A stretch of 64,000 nucleotides of DNA from Campylobacterales bacterium. GTDB lineage: Bacteria > Campylobacterota > Campylobacteria > Campylobacterales > QNZT01. This document shows, one piece after another, positions 1 through 9,600 of the stretch (positions are counted from its first letter, which is position 1; each line of letters starts with the position of its first letter). The position numbers and the translations under genes are program-made. Location: NCBI GenBank assembly GCA_027023305.1, contig JALVVR010000041.1, forward strand, positions 11,029-75,028, given 5' to 3'. The notes beneath the pieces were generated by a model. It did not search any database. It was not told the DNA's origin and was given only the letters and a program-made list of their open reading frames with translations.

Positions 1-527
1 AAGTAGTCAACTATTTGAGATGGTTTTACACCAAACTTTTTAACACACTCTTCTTCGTTGACTTTTATCTTTTTCATAGGATCATAGATCAAAACTTTAT
101 CATCATCTATAAGTTGATATAAATCTTTATCACTTGAAACAACTTGGACTTTTATTCCCTTTTCTTTCGCATCTTGAGCTACAGTTGCGATAATATCATC
201 AGCTTCATATCCTCCTACTTCTATCGCCTTAAATCCCATCTTTTTTATCCACTCTATCGCGATTGGAAGTTGAGTTAGCAAGTCTTCAGGTGGAGAAGAT
301 CTATTTGCTTTATAGTTTGGGTCAAGCTCTTTTCTTTTTGTTTTCTCTTTAGAGTCTAGTGCAAAGAGTATATAATCTGTTCCGTGTTCTTTGTTGATTG
401 AAGCTATAAAGTTTATAAATCCAGTCAAAAGTCCTGTTGGAAATCCATCTTTACTTTTTAAGTAAGGCAGAGCATAATACTGCCTAAAAAAAAATCCAAA
501 TGTATCTATGATTGTTAATGTTTTCAA
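1..527 (-). CDS. polA: DNA polymerase I, N-terminal 5'-3' exonuclease domain (partial, runs off the window)
   Basis: Absent from the ORF track because it is edge-truncated. My translation from the TTG at 527 reads (M)KTLTIIDTFGFFFRQYYALPYLKSKDGFPTGLLTG ... NEEECVKKFGVKPSQIVDY. This is the typical PolA N-terminus of Campylobacterota. Its start forms a TTGA overlap with the stop of the upstream gene. Confidence 0.8.
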   Translation of the reverse strand, partial: MKTLTIIDTFGFFFRQYYALPYLKSKDGFPTGLLTGFINFIASINKEHGTDYILFALDSKEKTKRKELDPNYKANRSSPPEDLLTQLPIAIEWIKKMGFKAIEVGGYEADDIIATVAQDAKEKGIKVQVVSSDKDLYQLIDDDKVLIYDPMKKIKVNEEECVKKFGVKPSQIVDY

Positions 528-796
528 CTCTTTTTTTCCTTTTCAAACTCATCTATCTTATATCCACTACTATCACCAACAAGTAGAAGATACTCTTTAT
601 TTTTAAATGATATCAGTGTAATTTTATTTTTTGTATCTAGGGGTTTTTGGGTTATGATTTTTATATCATCACTCTTTTGTATATCACTAAAGTTTTTGCT
701 TAAAATATACTTTTTTATCCAAAGCAAAAAAGCAACTATTGCTCCAAGAGCTGCAAGCATCTTTAGATAAGCCAAAGAGTAATCTACCTCTACCAT
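524..796 (-). CDS. fliO: small single-TM protein, FliO-like flagellar export component
   Basis: 90 aa with one N-terminal TM helix (LAALGAIVAFLLWI). The C-terminal ITLISFKNKEYLLLVGDSSGYKI resembles the FliO core. It sits directly after fliN with a 7-nt overlap, the classical fliN-fliO order. Confidence 0.55.
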   Translation of the reverse strand: MVEVDYSLAYLKMLAALGAIVAFLLWIKKYILSKNFSDIQKSDDIKIITQKPLDTKNKITLISFKNKEYLLLVGDSSGYKIDEFEKEKKS

Positions 797-1092
797 AACT
801 CTTCTTTTTTGAAGTATTGGATAAGTGTATCTGAGTCTAGGATTTCATTTATCCTAACAGCTAGATTTTCTTCAAAAACTATAACTTCACCTTTTCCAAC
901 TATTTTTTTGTTTATATAAAGCTCTATACTCTCTCCAGCTGGTTTTTCTAGGTTTATGACTGAACCTTTTTTAAGTTTCATGAAGTCTTTTACGGTCATA
1001 GAGATAGAGCCAAGCTCACTTACAAGCTCAACTCCAATATCAGTTAGTTTTTCGTAGCTTATGGGGTTGTTTTTAATATCATCTTCATTCAT
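790..1092 (-). CDS. fliN: flagellar motor switch protein FliN (SpoA domain)
   Basis: LTDIGVELVSELGSISMTVKDFMKLKKGSVINLEKPAGESIELYINKKIVGKGEVIVFEENLAVRINEI is a typical FliN/SpoA domain. The ORF track starts at the GTG at 1107. The ATG at 1092 follows AGGAG by 7 nt, so I prefer 1092. Confidence 0.85.
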   Translation of the reverse strand: MNEDDIKNNPISYEKLTDIGVELVSELGSISMTVKDFMKLKKGSVINLEKPAGESIELYINKKIVGKGEVIVFEENLAVRINEILDSDTLIQYFKKEELW

Positions 1093-1140
1093 AGTAGAAC
1101 TCCTCACATATAAGAAGCTCTATTTTATCAAATATTTTAT

Positions 1141-1527
1141 TTACAATTGATTTGGAATTGGAGCATTTGATACTTTTTGTCCAAAATAAGATAGTATTCC
1201 ATTTGATAGATGAGAGATATTTGTATAGCCCATATTATTTAGTGCATACATAACTTGTCCTGTTCTGTTTCCTGTTCTACAATAAAGAACAACTCTTTTA
1301 TCCTTTAACTCTTCAAATTTTTCTACATGATTTCCTATAACTGAGGTTGGGATAAGAAAATCAGTTTCTACGATAGAGGAGTCGTTGTACTCATAAACTT
1401 CTCTTATATCCATCAAAACAAAGTCCACATCTCCACTCTTTCTAGCTTCAAGCAGAGTTTGTAAAACTTCAGATGATATCTCTTCATTTTCTAGCATAGC
1501 TTCTAACTCTTCTTTTGTATAAGTCAT
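1141..1527 (-). CDS. rhodanese-domain sulfurtransferase
   Basis: 128 aa. Active-site loop CRTGNRT in the context VVLYCRTGNRTGQV, typical of single-domain rhodaneses. Confidence 0.8.
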   Translation of the reverse strand: MTYTKEELEAMLENEEISSEVLQTLLEARKSGDVDFVLMDIREVYEYNDSSIVETDFLIPTSVIGNHVEKFEELKDKRVVLYCRTGNRTGQVMYALNNMGYTNISHLSNGILSYFGQKVSNAPIPNQL

Positions 1528-1563
1528 ACTTATATCTCCTATATTCTTTTACTAAAGATTATA

Positions 1564-2796
1564 TTATTTTTCAGTAAAAGCATGCTTAGAAACTTCGATA
1601 AATGGCTGAAGCAGGTACTCCATGATTGTTCTTTTTCCAGTTAGGATGTTGATATTTGCTATCATTCCAGGGACTATCAGTTTATCTGGTGCAAACTCAT
1701 AGTGGTCTGCTTTTACCCTTACAAGATAGTACATGGAGTTGTTTTTTTCGGTAAAACTATCCGGGCTTACTGAGATGACTTTTCCTTTTATCATGCCATA
1801 TTTTGAGTAGTTGTATGCTGTTATTGCTATAGATACAGGTTGATTTACCCATACTTTTGCTATATCTTTTGTCTTTATCTTTGCTTCTATGATAAGTGAG
1901 TCATCTATCGGAGTTATCTCAGCTAATCTATCACCAGCTTTTATGATACCACCCATCGTATGAAAGTAGAGTTTTTTTACTATACCATCAACAGGAGAGA
2001 CTACTACTTTTCTTTTTTCTCTATCCTCATCCGCTTCACTTTTTTGTTCTAACTTTTGGATTTTTAAGTTTACTTCGCTTAACTCTTTTAGCCATTTTGA
2101 CTTTGCTTCACTTTTACTTTTATATATATTTGTACTCGCTTCTACTATCTTTTGTTTTGTGATACCTATGGAAGATTTAAGCTCTGAAACTTGGGTAAAA
2201 AGATTTTGTTTTTTTGCTAGTTCGCTTAAGTATTGTTGTTTAGAAGCTGCTCCTTTTCTTCTAAGATTACTTATAATTCTTAGATTTTCCTCAGCTATTT
2301 TTAACTCTATTTTTAGATTGGCTAGTTTTTGCTCTGTTTTTCTTTTTTCTAGTCTTGCTTGAAATAGTTTATTTTCTAAAAGTGAGTTTTGTTCAAAGAA
2401 GTGTTTCATCTCATTGTTAAAGATATTTATCTCATCTAAAACTAACTTATGCTTTAAAATCTCTTTAGAAAAAACTAACTCTTTTTTAAATGCTAACTGT
2501 GCTTCAAGTCTTTGCTTAGTGATTTTAAAAGAGAACAAATCTATCTCTTTTACTTTCAAATCTGATTGTGAAAAGGCATTTTTTAGTCTATATATAGGTG
2601 TGCCTTTTTTTACTTTTTCTCCCTCTTTTACATATATCTTATCTATTATCCCACCTTCTAAATGTTGTATAATCTTTGTTTGAGATGAGGGGATAACTTT
2701 TCCACTTCCTCTAACTACTTCATCTATTTTTGCAAAATATGCCCAAGTTAAAAACAAAGTTACTATGAGCATGATAAGATAAACACTCTTTCTCAT
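1564..2796 (-). CDS. type I secretion periplasmic adaptor (HlyD family membrane fusion protein)
   Basis: 410 aa with an N-terminal TM, a long coiled-coil middle, and a barrel/lipoyl-like C-terminus ending GMIANINILTGKRTIMEYLLQPF, as in HlyD/LapC adaptors. Its start overlaps the stop of the ABC gene by 4 nt (ATGA). Confidence 0.9.
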   Translation of the reverse strand: MRKSVYLIMLIVTLFLTWAYFAKIDEVVRGSGKVIPSSQTKIIQHLEGGIIDKIYVKEGEKVKKGTPIYRLKNAFSQSDLKVKEIDLFSFKITKQRLEAQLAFKKELVFSKEILKHKLVLDEINIFNNEMKHFFEQNSLLENKLFQARLEKRKTEQKLANLKIELKIAEENLRIISNLRRKGAASKQQYLSELAKKQNLFTQVSELKSSIGITKQKIVEASTNIYKSKSEAKSKWLKELSEVNLKIQKLEQKSEADEDREKRKVVVSPVDGIVKKLYFHTMGGIIKAGDRLAEITPIDDSLIIEAKIKTKDIAKVWVNQPVSIAITAYNYSKYGMIKGKVISVSPDSFTEKNNSMYYLVRVKADHYEFAPDKLIVPGMIANINILTGKRTIMEYLLQPFIEVSKHAFTEK

Positions 2797-4934
2797 GACT
2801 CTCCTTTAGATAAAAGAAGTTTTAAAACATCCTCTTTTTTCCCATCTGCTACTACTCTTCCGTTATCAACTAAAATAACTCTATCTACAAGCTCAAGTGC
2901 TGCAAATCTATGACTTATTACTAAAAGTGTTTTATCTTTTAAGCTACTGTTTAGATGTGATACTAGCTTTCTTTCCAGCCCTATATCAAGTCCTGTTGTT
3001 GGTTCATCTAGTATAAGAATAGGAGCATCACTTAAAAGTGCTCTTGCTAATCCTACCAAATGCCTTTGTCCAACTGAGAGATTTTCTCCTCTCTCTCCAA
3101 CATCTAGTGAGTGAGAGTCTGAACTTTTTTTCACTAAATCTAAAAGCCCCGTTTGCTCTAAAAGTTTTGTCATCTCTTGTTTTGATATGGAATGAGAAAG
3201 CTCTAAGTTTTCTTTTAAAGAACCACTAAAAAGGTATGGTTCTTGTGGCATTAAAGAGATGTTATTTCTTAACTCTACTGGGTGAAGATGAGATATGTCT
3301 TGGTTATCAAGATATACTTGTCCCTCGCTTGGATGATAGATACCTGTTAAAAGTTTTTGGATAGTTGTTTTTCCAGCTCCTGTTTGTCCTATGATACCTA
3401 CTCTTTCACCTTCATTTATAGTAAAAGAGATATTGTTTATAGACTTTCCTTTTTTGTTTGGATAAGAAAAAGAGACATTTTCAAACTCTATCTTTCCTTT
3501 TGCTTTTCCTACTCCTACCTCTATATGTTTATCCTCTTCTGTTGGAAGATTCCAGTACTTACTTAGAGATTCAAGGGAGTCTTTTATCTGTCTATATTTT
3601 AAAATAGTGTTTGAAAACATCATCACTGGAACCATCGCTCGACCTGAAAGTATGGTTATAGCTATAAGCCCACCAACACTAAGTGTTCCATCATGAATAC
3701 AAAAAATACCTGCTATGATAGTTGACATTGAGATAGCTTGGATTAGGTTTTGAGATATAAAAGTACTAATTCCATTTAAAAAAGCCATGTCTTTTTGTAT
3801 ATCATGATAGTGCTTTAAAACTCTGTTCCATTTATGTAGCTTTTTTGGAAGAGCATTTGCCAACCTTATCGCTTCATCTCCTTGGATTTGCTCTACTAAG
3901 TAACCCTGTCTTGACTGAGTCTCTTCAAAACTTTTTTTGTGAAGTTTTGCAAGGGGATACTGCATAAGAAAGTTGAACAAAAGTGAAAAAGTAGCTCCAA
4001 CAGCTGGGATTATAGCCATAACAGGATTTATCATAAATATTACTGATACAGCCATAAAGAAAAACGGAACATCTAAGATCTGAGGAATTTTGTTTGCAAA
4101 AAAATCTTTTACACTTGATAGTTCTCGAAAGAGATTTACCTTTGTTCCTACCATATATCTATCATACTCTTTATGTACTGTTAGGATTTTTCTAAAAAGT
4201 TCACTCTCTAGTGAGTGAGAGATTTTGGTTGAGATTTTTTCCATCATGTTTACTCTTGCAGTTTTTAAAATAGTATCAAAAACTAAAACCATAATCATAC
4301 CAAAAGTAAGTACATATAGTGAATCAATCGCAAAGTTAGGGACTATTGAGTTATAAACTATCCTCGAATAAAGTGGAAAAGCAAGAGCAAAAAGGTTTAT
4401 AAAAACACTTATAAGTGCTACTTCGCTAAAGGCTTTCCACTCTTTAAAGACTATGTTATAAAACCAACTTTTGTCATTTTTATTTTTGCTTTTTAGTCTT
4501 TTATCTATCACTTTGTTTTTATCAAAGGTGATGATTTTATCAAATCTTTTCAGAGCTTTTAGTGATGCTTTTTGTTTTTTGTTATGGTAGCCATTTTGTA
4601 TCTCAAAAATATCACCATTTCTTGAAAAGATAACTATAGCTTTGTTGTTTGAATCCATTGCTATACAAGGAAAATGATGAAGAGATAACTCTTTAGCAGA
4701 TATATCATGAAGAGAAGTTTTTAAAGATAATCTTTTGCTTGTCTCTTTAATCTCTTCTACATCAAACTTATCAAGCCCTTTTAGAGAAAACTTTTCTAAA
4801 ACAGCTAGCTCTACTTTTCCATAAAAAAACTCTAAGACTACTTGAAAACTTTCCAAAAGTGGATTTGTTTTTAGTCTTTTTAAGGCATTTGGAGTTTTTT
4901 GTTGCTCTTTAGTTTTTGTCATGATGCTTATCAA
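2793..4934 (-). CDS. type I secretion ABC transporter, ATPase/permease with an N-terminal C39-like (inactive) domain
   Basis: 713 aa. Walker A GQTGAGKTT, signature LSVGQRH, Walker B ILILDEPT, and six predicted TM helices. The ~150-aa N-terminal domain aligns by eye to the C39 fold but lacks the catalytic Cys/His context. That is the HlyB-type CLD typical of RTX exporters. Confidence 0.9.
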   Translation of the reverse strand: MISIMTKTKEQQKTPNALKRLKTNPLLESFQVVLEFFYGKVELAVLEKFSLKGLDKFDVEEIKETSKRLSLKTSLHDISAKELSLHHFPCIAMDSNNKAIVIFSRNGDIFEIQNGYHNKKQKASLKALKRFDKIITFDKNKVIDKRLKSKNKNDKSWFYNIVFKEWKAFSEVALISVFINLFALAFPLYSRIVYNSIVPNFAIDSLYVLTFGMIMVLVFDTILKTARVNMMEKISTKISHSLESELFRKILTVHKEYDRYMVGTKVNLFRELSSVKDFFANKIPQILDVPFFFMAVSVIFMINPVMAIIPAVGATFSLLFNFLMQYPLAKLHKKSFEETQSRQGYLVEQIQGDEAIRLANALPKKLHKWNRVLKHYHDIQKDMAFLNGISTFISQNLIQAISMSTIIAGIFCIHDGTLSVGGLIAITILSGRAMVPVMMFSNTILKYRQIKDSLESLSKYWNLPTEEDKHIEVGVGKAKGKIEFENVSFSYPNKKGKSINNISFTINEGERVGIIGQTGAGKTTIQKLLTGIYHPSEGQVYLDNQDISHLHPVELRNNISLMPQEPYLFSGSLKENLELSHSISKQEMTKLLEQTGLLDLVKKSSDSHSLDVGERGENLSVGQRHLVGLARALLSDAPILILDEPTTGLDIGLERKLVSHLNSSLKDKTLLVISHRFAALELVDRVILVDNGRVVADGKKEDVLKLLLSKGES

Positions 4935-6627
4935 TCCTTACTTTATAATTAAAACTTAGTTTGTCTATAATAGAGTCAAAAACATTGTCCCATTTTTGAA
5001 AACTCTTTTGACGAAAGAGTTTCATGTTAGGGTATAGATAAGATAAACTATCTTTATATCTATATCTCCAATCTGGCATCTTTTGCAAAGGTACCCAAGT
5101 CTCTTTTCCTAAAGCTCCACTTAGATGAGCTACTGATGTATCACTACTGATAACTAAATCTAACTCATTTATCAAAGATGCAGTTTTTGAGAAGTCACTT
5201 AACTTAGAAGTCTTATCTATGACTTTATCTTCAAAACCAAGCTCTTTTATCTGTTTTGAGTCCTCTCCAACTTGTAGAGAATATAAAACAAACTTGTCAT
5301 TAAGTATTATCGGCTTAAAATAGTTTAAGTTAAATACTTTTCCATCATAACTTTCTCCAGTATTACTAGCACCCCAACAAATCCCTATATAAACTTTGTC
5401 TTTTTCTTTTTTTATCTTAAACTCTTCATCCTCTTTTGCAAAGAGATATGGCTTTGTTTTGTATGGTATATCTTCTAGGGTAGCTACTTCATATAGATAA
5501 GGCAGAGATAACATAGAGATTTGATAGTCAAACTCTGGGGTTTTCTCACTCTCTCTAGCATAAAAACTATCTACATTTTTTAGTGAGTTTTCAAAAAGAG
5601 TTTTTAACTCATCTCTGCATTGAAGTATTACTTGTGAGCCAAACCTATCCTTGAAGCTTTCTACAAATCTGGCAAACTGGATACTATCTCCAAAACCTTG
5701 CTCAACATGAATAAGAATTTTTTTATCCTTTAAATCCATCTCTTTTGTAACTTTAGGAGCAGAAAATATATCTTTATATCTAAGTATATGCCCTTTCATC
5801 TCATCTTTTTTAAATCTCCACTCATACTCTTTAAAGCCATTTTTAAAATCACTTATCATCAAATATGTAGTAGCCAAGTCAAAGTGAGCATTTACAAAGT
5901 TCGGATTGAGTTCTATCGCTTTTTTATAACTATCAATAGCATTTTTAAACTTTGCTAAGTGTTTTTGAGAGTTTGCTAAGTTTGCATGAGAGTTTGAGCC
6001 ATTAGGGTCTAGTTCTAACGATTTTTTGTGAAGTTTCTCTGCTTCTTTGTATCTGTAAAGGTTGTTATAGACATTTCCAAGATTTGTATATGCCCCTGCA
6101 GATTTTGGAGATTTTTTTATGGAGATTTTGTGATATTTTTCAGCTTTGTCATAATCTTTTAGTTTTGAATAACATGAGCCTATGTTTGAATTTATCTCAT
6201 GATAGTCTGGTTTTAGTTTTAAAACTTCTTTAAAAACCTCTATCGCCTCTTCATATCTTTTTAGTTTATAAAAGATTCCACCTAGATTGTTATAAGCACT
6301 CACATAGTTTTTATCTCTTTTTATGGTATCTTTATAGGCTAAGATAGCTTCATTTAGTCTTCCAATCCTCTCATAGGTTATACCTACATGATAAAAGATA
6401 GTTGCATTGGATCTATCTTGCTCAAAAGCTTTTTTATAGATGATAAAAGCATCTTTATATCTTTTTAGATTTCTTAGGGTATTTGCAAGAGCTAGTTTAT
6501 ACTCTAAGTTTTTATAGTTCAAAAAGAGATGAGAAAAGTATTTTATCGCCTTTTCATACTCTCTTTTGTTATAATAAAAAGCCCCTTTTTTAAAGAGTTC
6601 TTCTTCGATATTTACTACTTTTGACAA
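4909..6627 (-). CDS. TPR-repeat protein fused to a glycosyltransferase family 9 (heptosyltransferase)-like domain
   Basis: 572 aa. The N-terminal ~260 aa carry about 7 TPR units (AxxxY..A...P.. periodicity). The C-terminal half carries ILIHVEQGFGDSIQFARF ... VISSDTSVAHLSGALGKETWVPL ... DWRY, the GxGDxIQ / DT(S/G)xxHLA hallmarks of GT9-like enzymes. It has a TTG start preceded by GGAGGAG. Its 3' end overlaps the ABC gene by 26 nt. Confidence 0.7.
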   Translation of the reverse strand: MSKVVNIEEELFKKGAFYYNKREYEKAIKYFSHLFLNYKNLEYKLALANTLRNLKRYKDAFIIYKKAFEQDRSNATIFYHVGITYERIGRLNEAILAYKDTIKRDKNYVSAYNNLGGIFYKLKRYEEAIEVFKEVLKLKPDYHEINSNIGSCYSKLKDYDKAEKYHKISIKKSPKSAGAYTNLGNVYNNLYRYKEAEKLHKKSLELDPNGSNSHANLANSQKHLAKFKNAIDSYKKAIELNPNFVNAHFDLATTYLMISDFKNGFKEYEWRFKKDEMKGHILRYKDIFSAPKVTKEMDLKDKKILIHVEQGFGDSIQFARFVESFKDRFGSQVILQCRDELKTLFENSLKNVDSFYARESEKTPEFDYQISMLSLPYLYEVATLEDIPYKTKPYLFAKEDEEFKIKKEKDKVYIGICWGASNTGESYDGKVFNLNYFKPIILNDKFVLYSLQVGEDSKQIKELGFEDKVIDKTSKLSDFSKTASLINELDLVISSDTSVAHLSGALGKETWVPLQKMPDWRYRYKDSLSYLYPNMKLFRQKSFQKWDNVFDSIIDKLSFNYKVRIDKHHDKN

Positions 6628-6670
6628 AATCTCCTCCTAGAGTTTTTTGTAAAGGTAGCAAATATTGTTC

Positions 6671-9600
6671 CTATAATCCTGCTACATGAAGAGTTACATC
6701 TACATCATTTGTACTATCATGAAGTGTATAATCTCCATTTGTAATGGCTGTTGTACCGTTATCATCACCACCGTATTTTACATTGTTCTTATCAGTAAAC
6801 TCTAACTTACTAGCATCATCACTATCTAAGTTTATAGTTAAATCATTATTGCTATCAGTCAAATCATGAATCCACTCACCATCTATTGTGTACTCAGCTT
6901 TACTTCCTCCATTGCTTGTATCATCTCCTACATTTAGAGTTAAGTTTGTAAAATCTAAAGTTTCAATATTATTTAGATTTGAGTTAAATCCAAAAGCTGT
7001 ATCTGATGTTATATCTGTACCTGTATTTCCATTTATATTTACACTATCACTATCTGCTCCTCCATCAAGAGAGATATTTGCTAGATTACTAAAATCCACT
7101 ACAAATGTATCATTTCCTCCATCACCATTAACGACATCAGAACCAGTTCCAGCATCTAGTAAATCATCTCCTGCTCCTCCATAAAGCTTATCATCTCCTG
7201 CTCCTCCATAAAGCTTATCATCTCCTGCTCCTCCATAAAGCTTATCATTTGCATTGTCACCATAGATAGTATCTTTTCCTGCATATCCATAGATAGTGTC
7301 ATTATCTCCATCACCATGGATTTCATCATCTCCACCATCTCGTCCATAGATCTTATCATCTCCTGCATATCCTCGTACATAGTATAAATCATGTCCCATA
7401 GTGATAGTATCCCCAGTAGAGTCATTGCTTCCTTCATACTTTTCTATATCTCTAACATAATCAGTCGCAGTTCCACCAACCTTTATCTCTACATAGTCAC
7501 TATCACTCTTTTGGGTTTTATCCATATCTGTATATACAGTTTTGGTATGACTTTCATCACTAAAGTCAACCTCTACATAGCTATCATAGTAGTTGTTAGC
7601 TGTATCTATACCATCTCCTCCATCTACTATATCACTACCATACCACAACCCTATGTTATCATCACCAGAGCCTGCATTTATGATATTTGTTCCACCAGAT
7701 GCATACATAGTATCATTTCCACCACCAGATATGATGATGTTATCTTCTGAACCTAGGTAGATGTTACTTGCATCACTATTTGAGTCATCTCCATCATAAA
7801 AGTTTTCTACTCCATAGACACTATTTGCATCTCCAACTTTATGAGAGTGATAGGTGTCCACATTTACATCTGCACTACTTATATCCATCCAGTCACTTCC
7901 ATCTCCACCATATATACTATCATCTCCACCACTATATATGATGGTATCATCTCCACCTTGCATATAGACTACATCTGTTCCTGATAAACCTTTGTATGTA
8001 TCTGCATTATCAGTTGCATTTAAATGTTCAAACCCATCTATGGTTTCATTAGATGAATCAAAACCATCAAAAAGTATTTTATTGTTAGATAGGTCTACAT
8101 TTATACCACTTGATGCATTTTTAAAGTCTATTACATCCCAGTCACTTCCACCATGAAGTTCATCTTTTCCTGCATTTGCTACCAATGAGTCATTTCCATA
8201 TCCTAGATCAACATAGTCATCTCCACTTCCATCATCAACTATATCATTTCCACCTTCGGCATAAATGTGGTCATTTCCACTTCCACCTTTTACATTATCT
8301 TGTCCAGCTCCTGCATAAACTATATCATCTCCAGCTCCAGCTTCTATGATGTCATCTCCATCATTTGTTGAAATGTAGTTTATATCGCTATCTACTTTTA
8401 TAGTGTCATTATAATCTGAACCTCTTATAGACTCAAACCCTAAAATATAGTCTTTGTTACCATTTCCATCATCCTCTACCTCATAAAAATCTGCTGTTGT
8501 GCTAACACCTACATCTGTATAGTAGGTTTTTGATACTTTGGTTGCATTTGCAGTATCAAGTTTTAAACCGTGATCCATCCACCAGTAGTAGTCTAGGATG
8601 TCACTTCCACTACCACCATAGAGTATATCACTACCATCTCCACCATTTACTGAGTCATTTCCATCTCCTAAGTTTATAACATCATCTCCACCTTTTGCAT
8701 ACCATGTATCATTTCCACCATTTGCAACAACTGTATTGTTGTTATCATCTAGGTATCCCTCATTTTCATCATCATCATCTATGATATTTTCTACATTGTA
8801 GCTTTTGGTTTGTCCGATACTATGGTTATTTAACTTTATATCTCCATCACTTTTATTGGATATATCAGCCCAGTCGCTTCCACTTCCACCATCAACATAG
8901 TCAGTTCCATCACTCATGATAAAAAGGTCATCCCCACCATTTCCATAAAAGCTCTCATCACTGTCTGAACCTTTTATAGTGTCATTATGTGAGCTTCCAT
9001 AGATATCTTCGATATTTAAAACATCACTCATCTTTGATGTATCACTTTGTTTATCGATAGAAAGGTTGTTTGAAGTTAGAGATAGATCAATATAGCTATC
9101 TTTTGTAACTCTACTAAGATCTAAAAAGTCCTCATCATCTCCACCATTGTATACAGTTTTGTTATCTTTGTTATCACTTACAAAGAGTCTGTCACTTCCT
9201 GTATTTCCATACAGGGTATCACTATATCCATCCTCACTTGTGTTAGCTTCTGCACCACCATATAGGTAGTCATTTCCACCACCTCCATAGATGGTGTCTA
9301 CTCCTTTTCCACCATAGATAGTATCTCCTCCTGTCTCTCCATGAAGTTTATCATCTCCATCATCTCCATAGATAGTATCGCCTTTTAAACCACCATAAAT
9401 ATAGTCATCTCCACCATCTCCATAGATTGTATCTATACCATCTTTACCTAGGATTGAGTTTGAGAGAGAGTTTCCTGTGATGGTATCATTGTTATCAGTA
9501 GCCCAGATATGTTCAAATCCTTTTGCAGTTAAATCTGTATCATCAAAACCATTCTCTTTTATAAGATTGTTGTTTAACTCTACTACTATATTTTTACTTC

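Noticed and set aside
486-494. An A9/T9 homopolymer inside the polA 5' end, considered as a phase-variation tract.
   Set aside because: It encodes the conserved FFF of the PolA N-terminus (TFGFFFR). Poly-A/T runs of this length are common in a genome this AT-rich, and polA is essential.
6671-6900. Classifying the giant protein as a pore-forming RTX toxin.
   Set aside because: The window has no HlyC-type acyltransferase gene. I noticed no hydrophobic pore-forming domain or acylation-site context in the translation. The size and modular repeats fit adhesin-type T1SS substrates better.
7156-7437. Same-strand 93-aa ORF (…MEEQEMISF x3…) overlapping the giant gene.
   Set aside because: It is an out-of-frame reading of the 27-bp tandem repeat region and nothing more.
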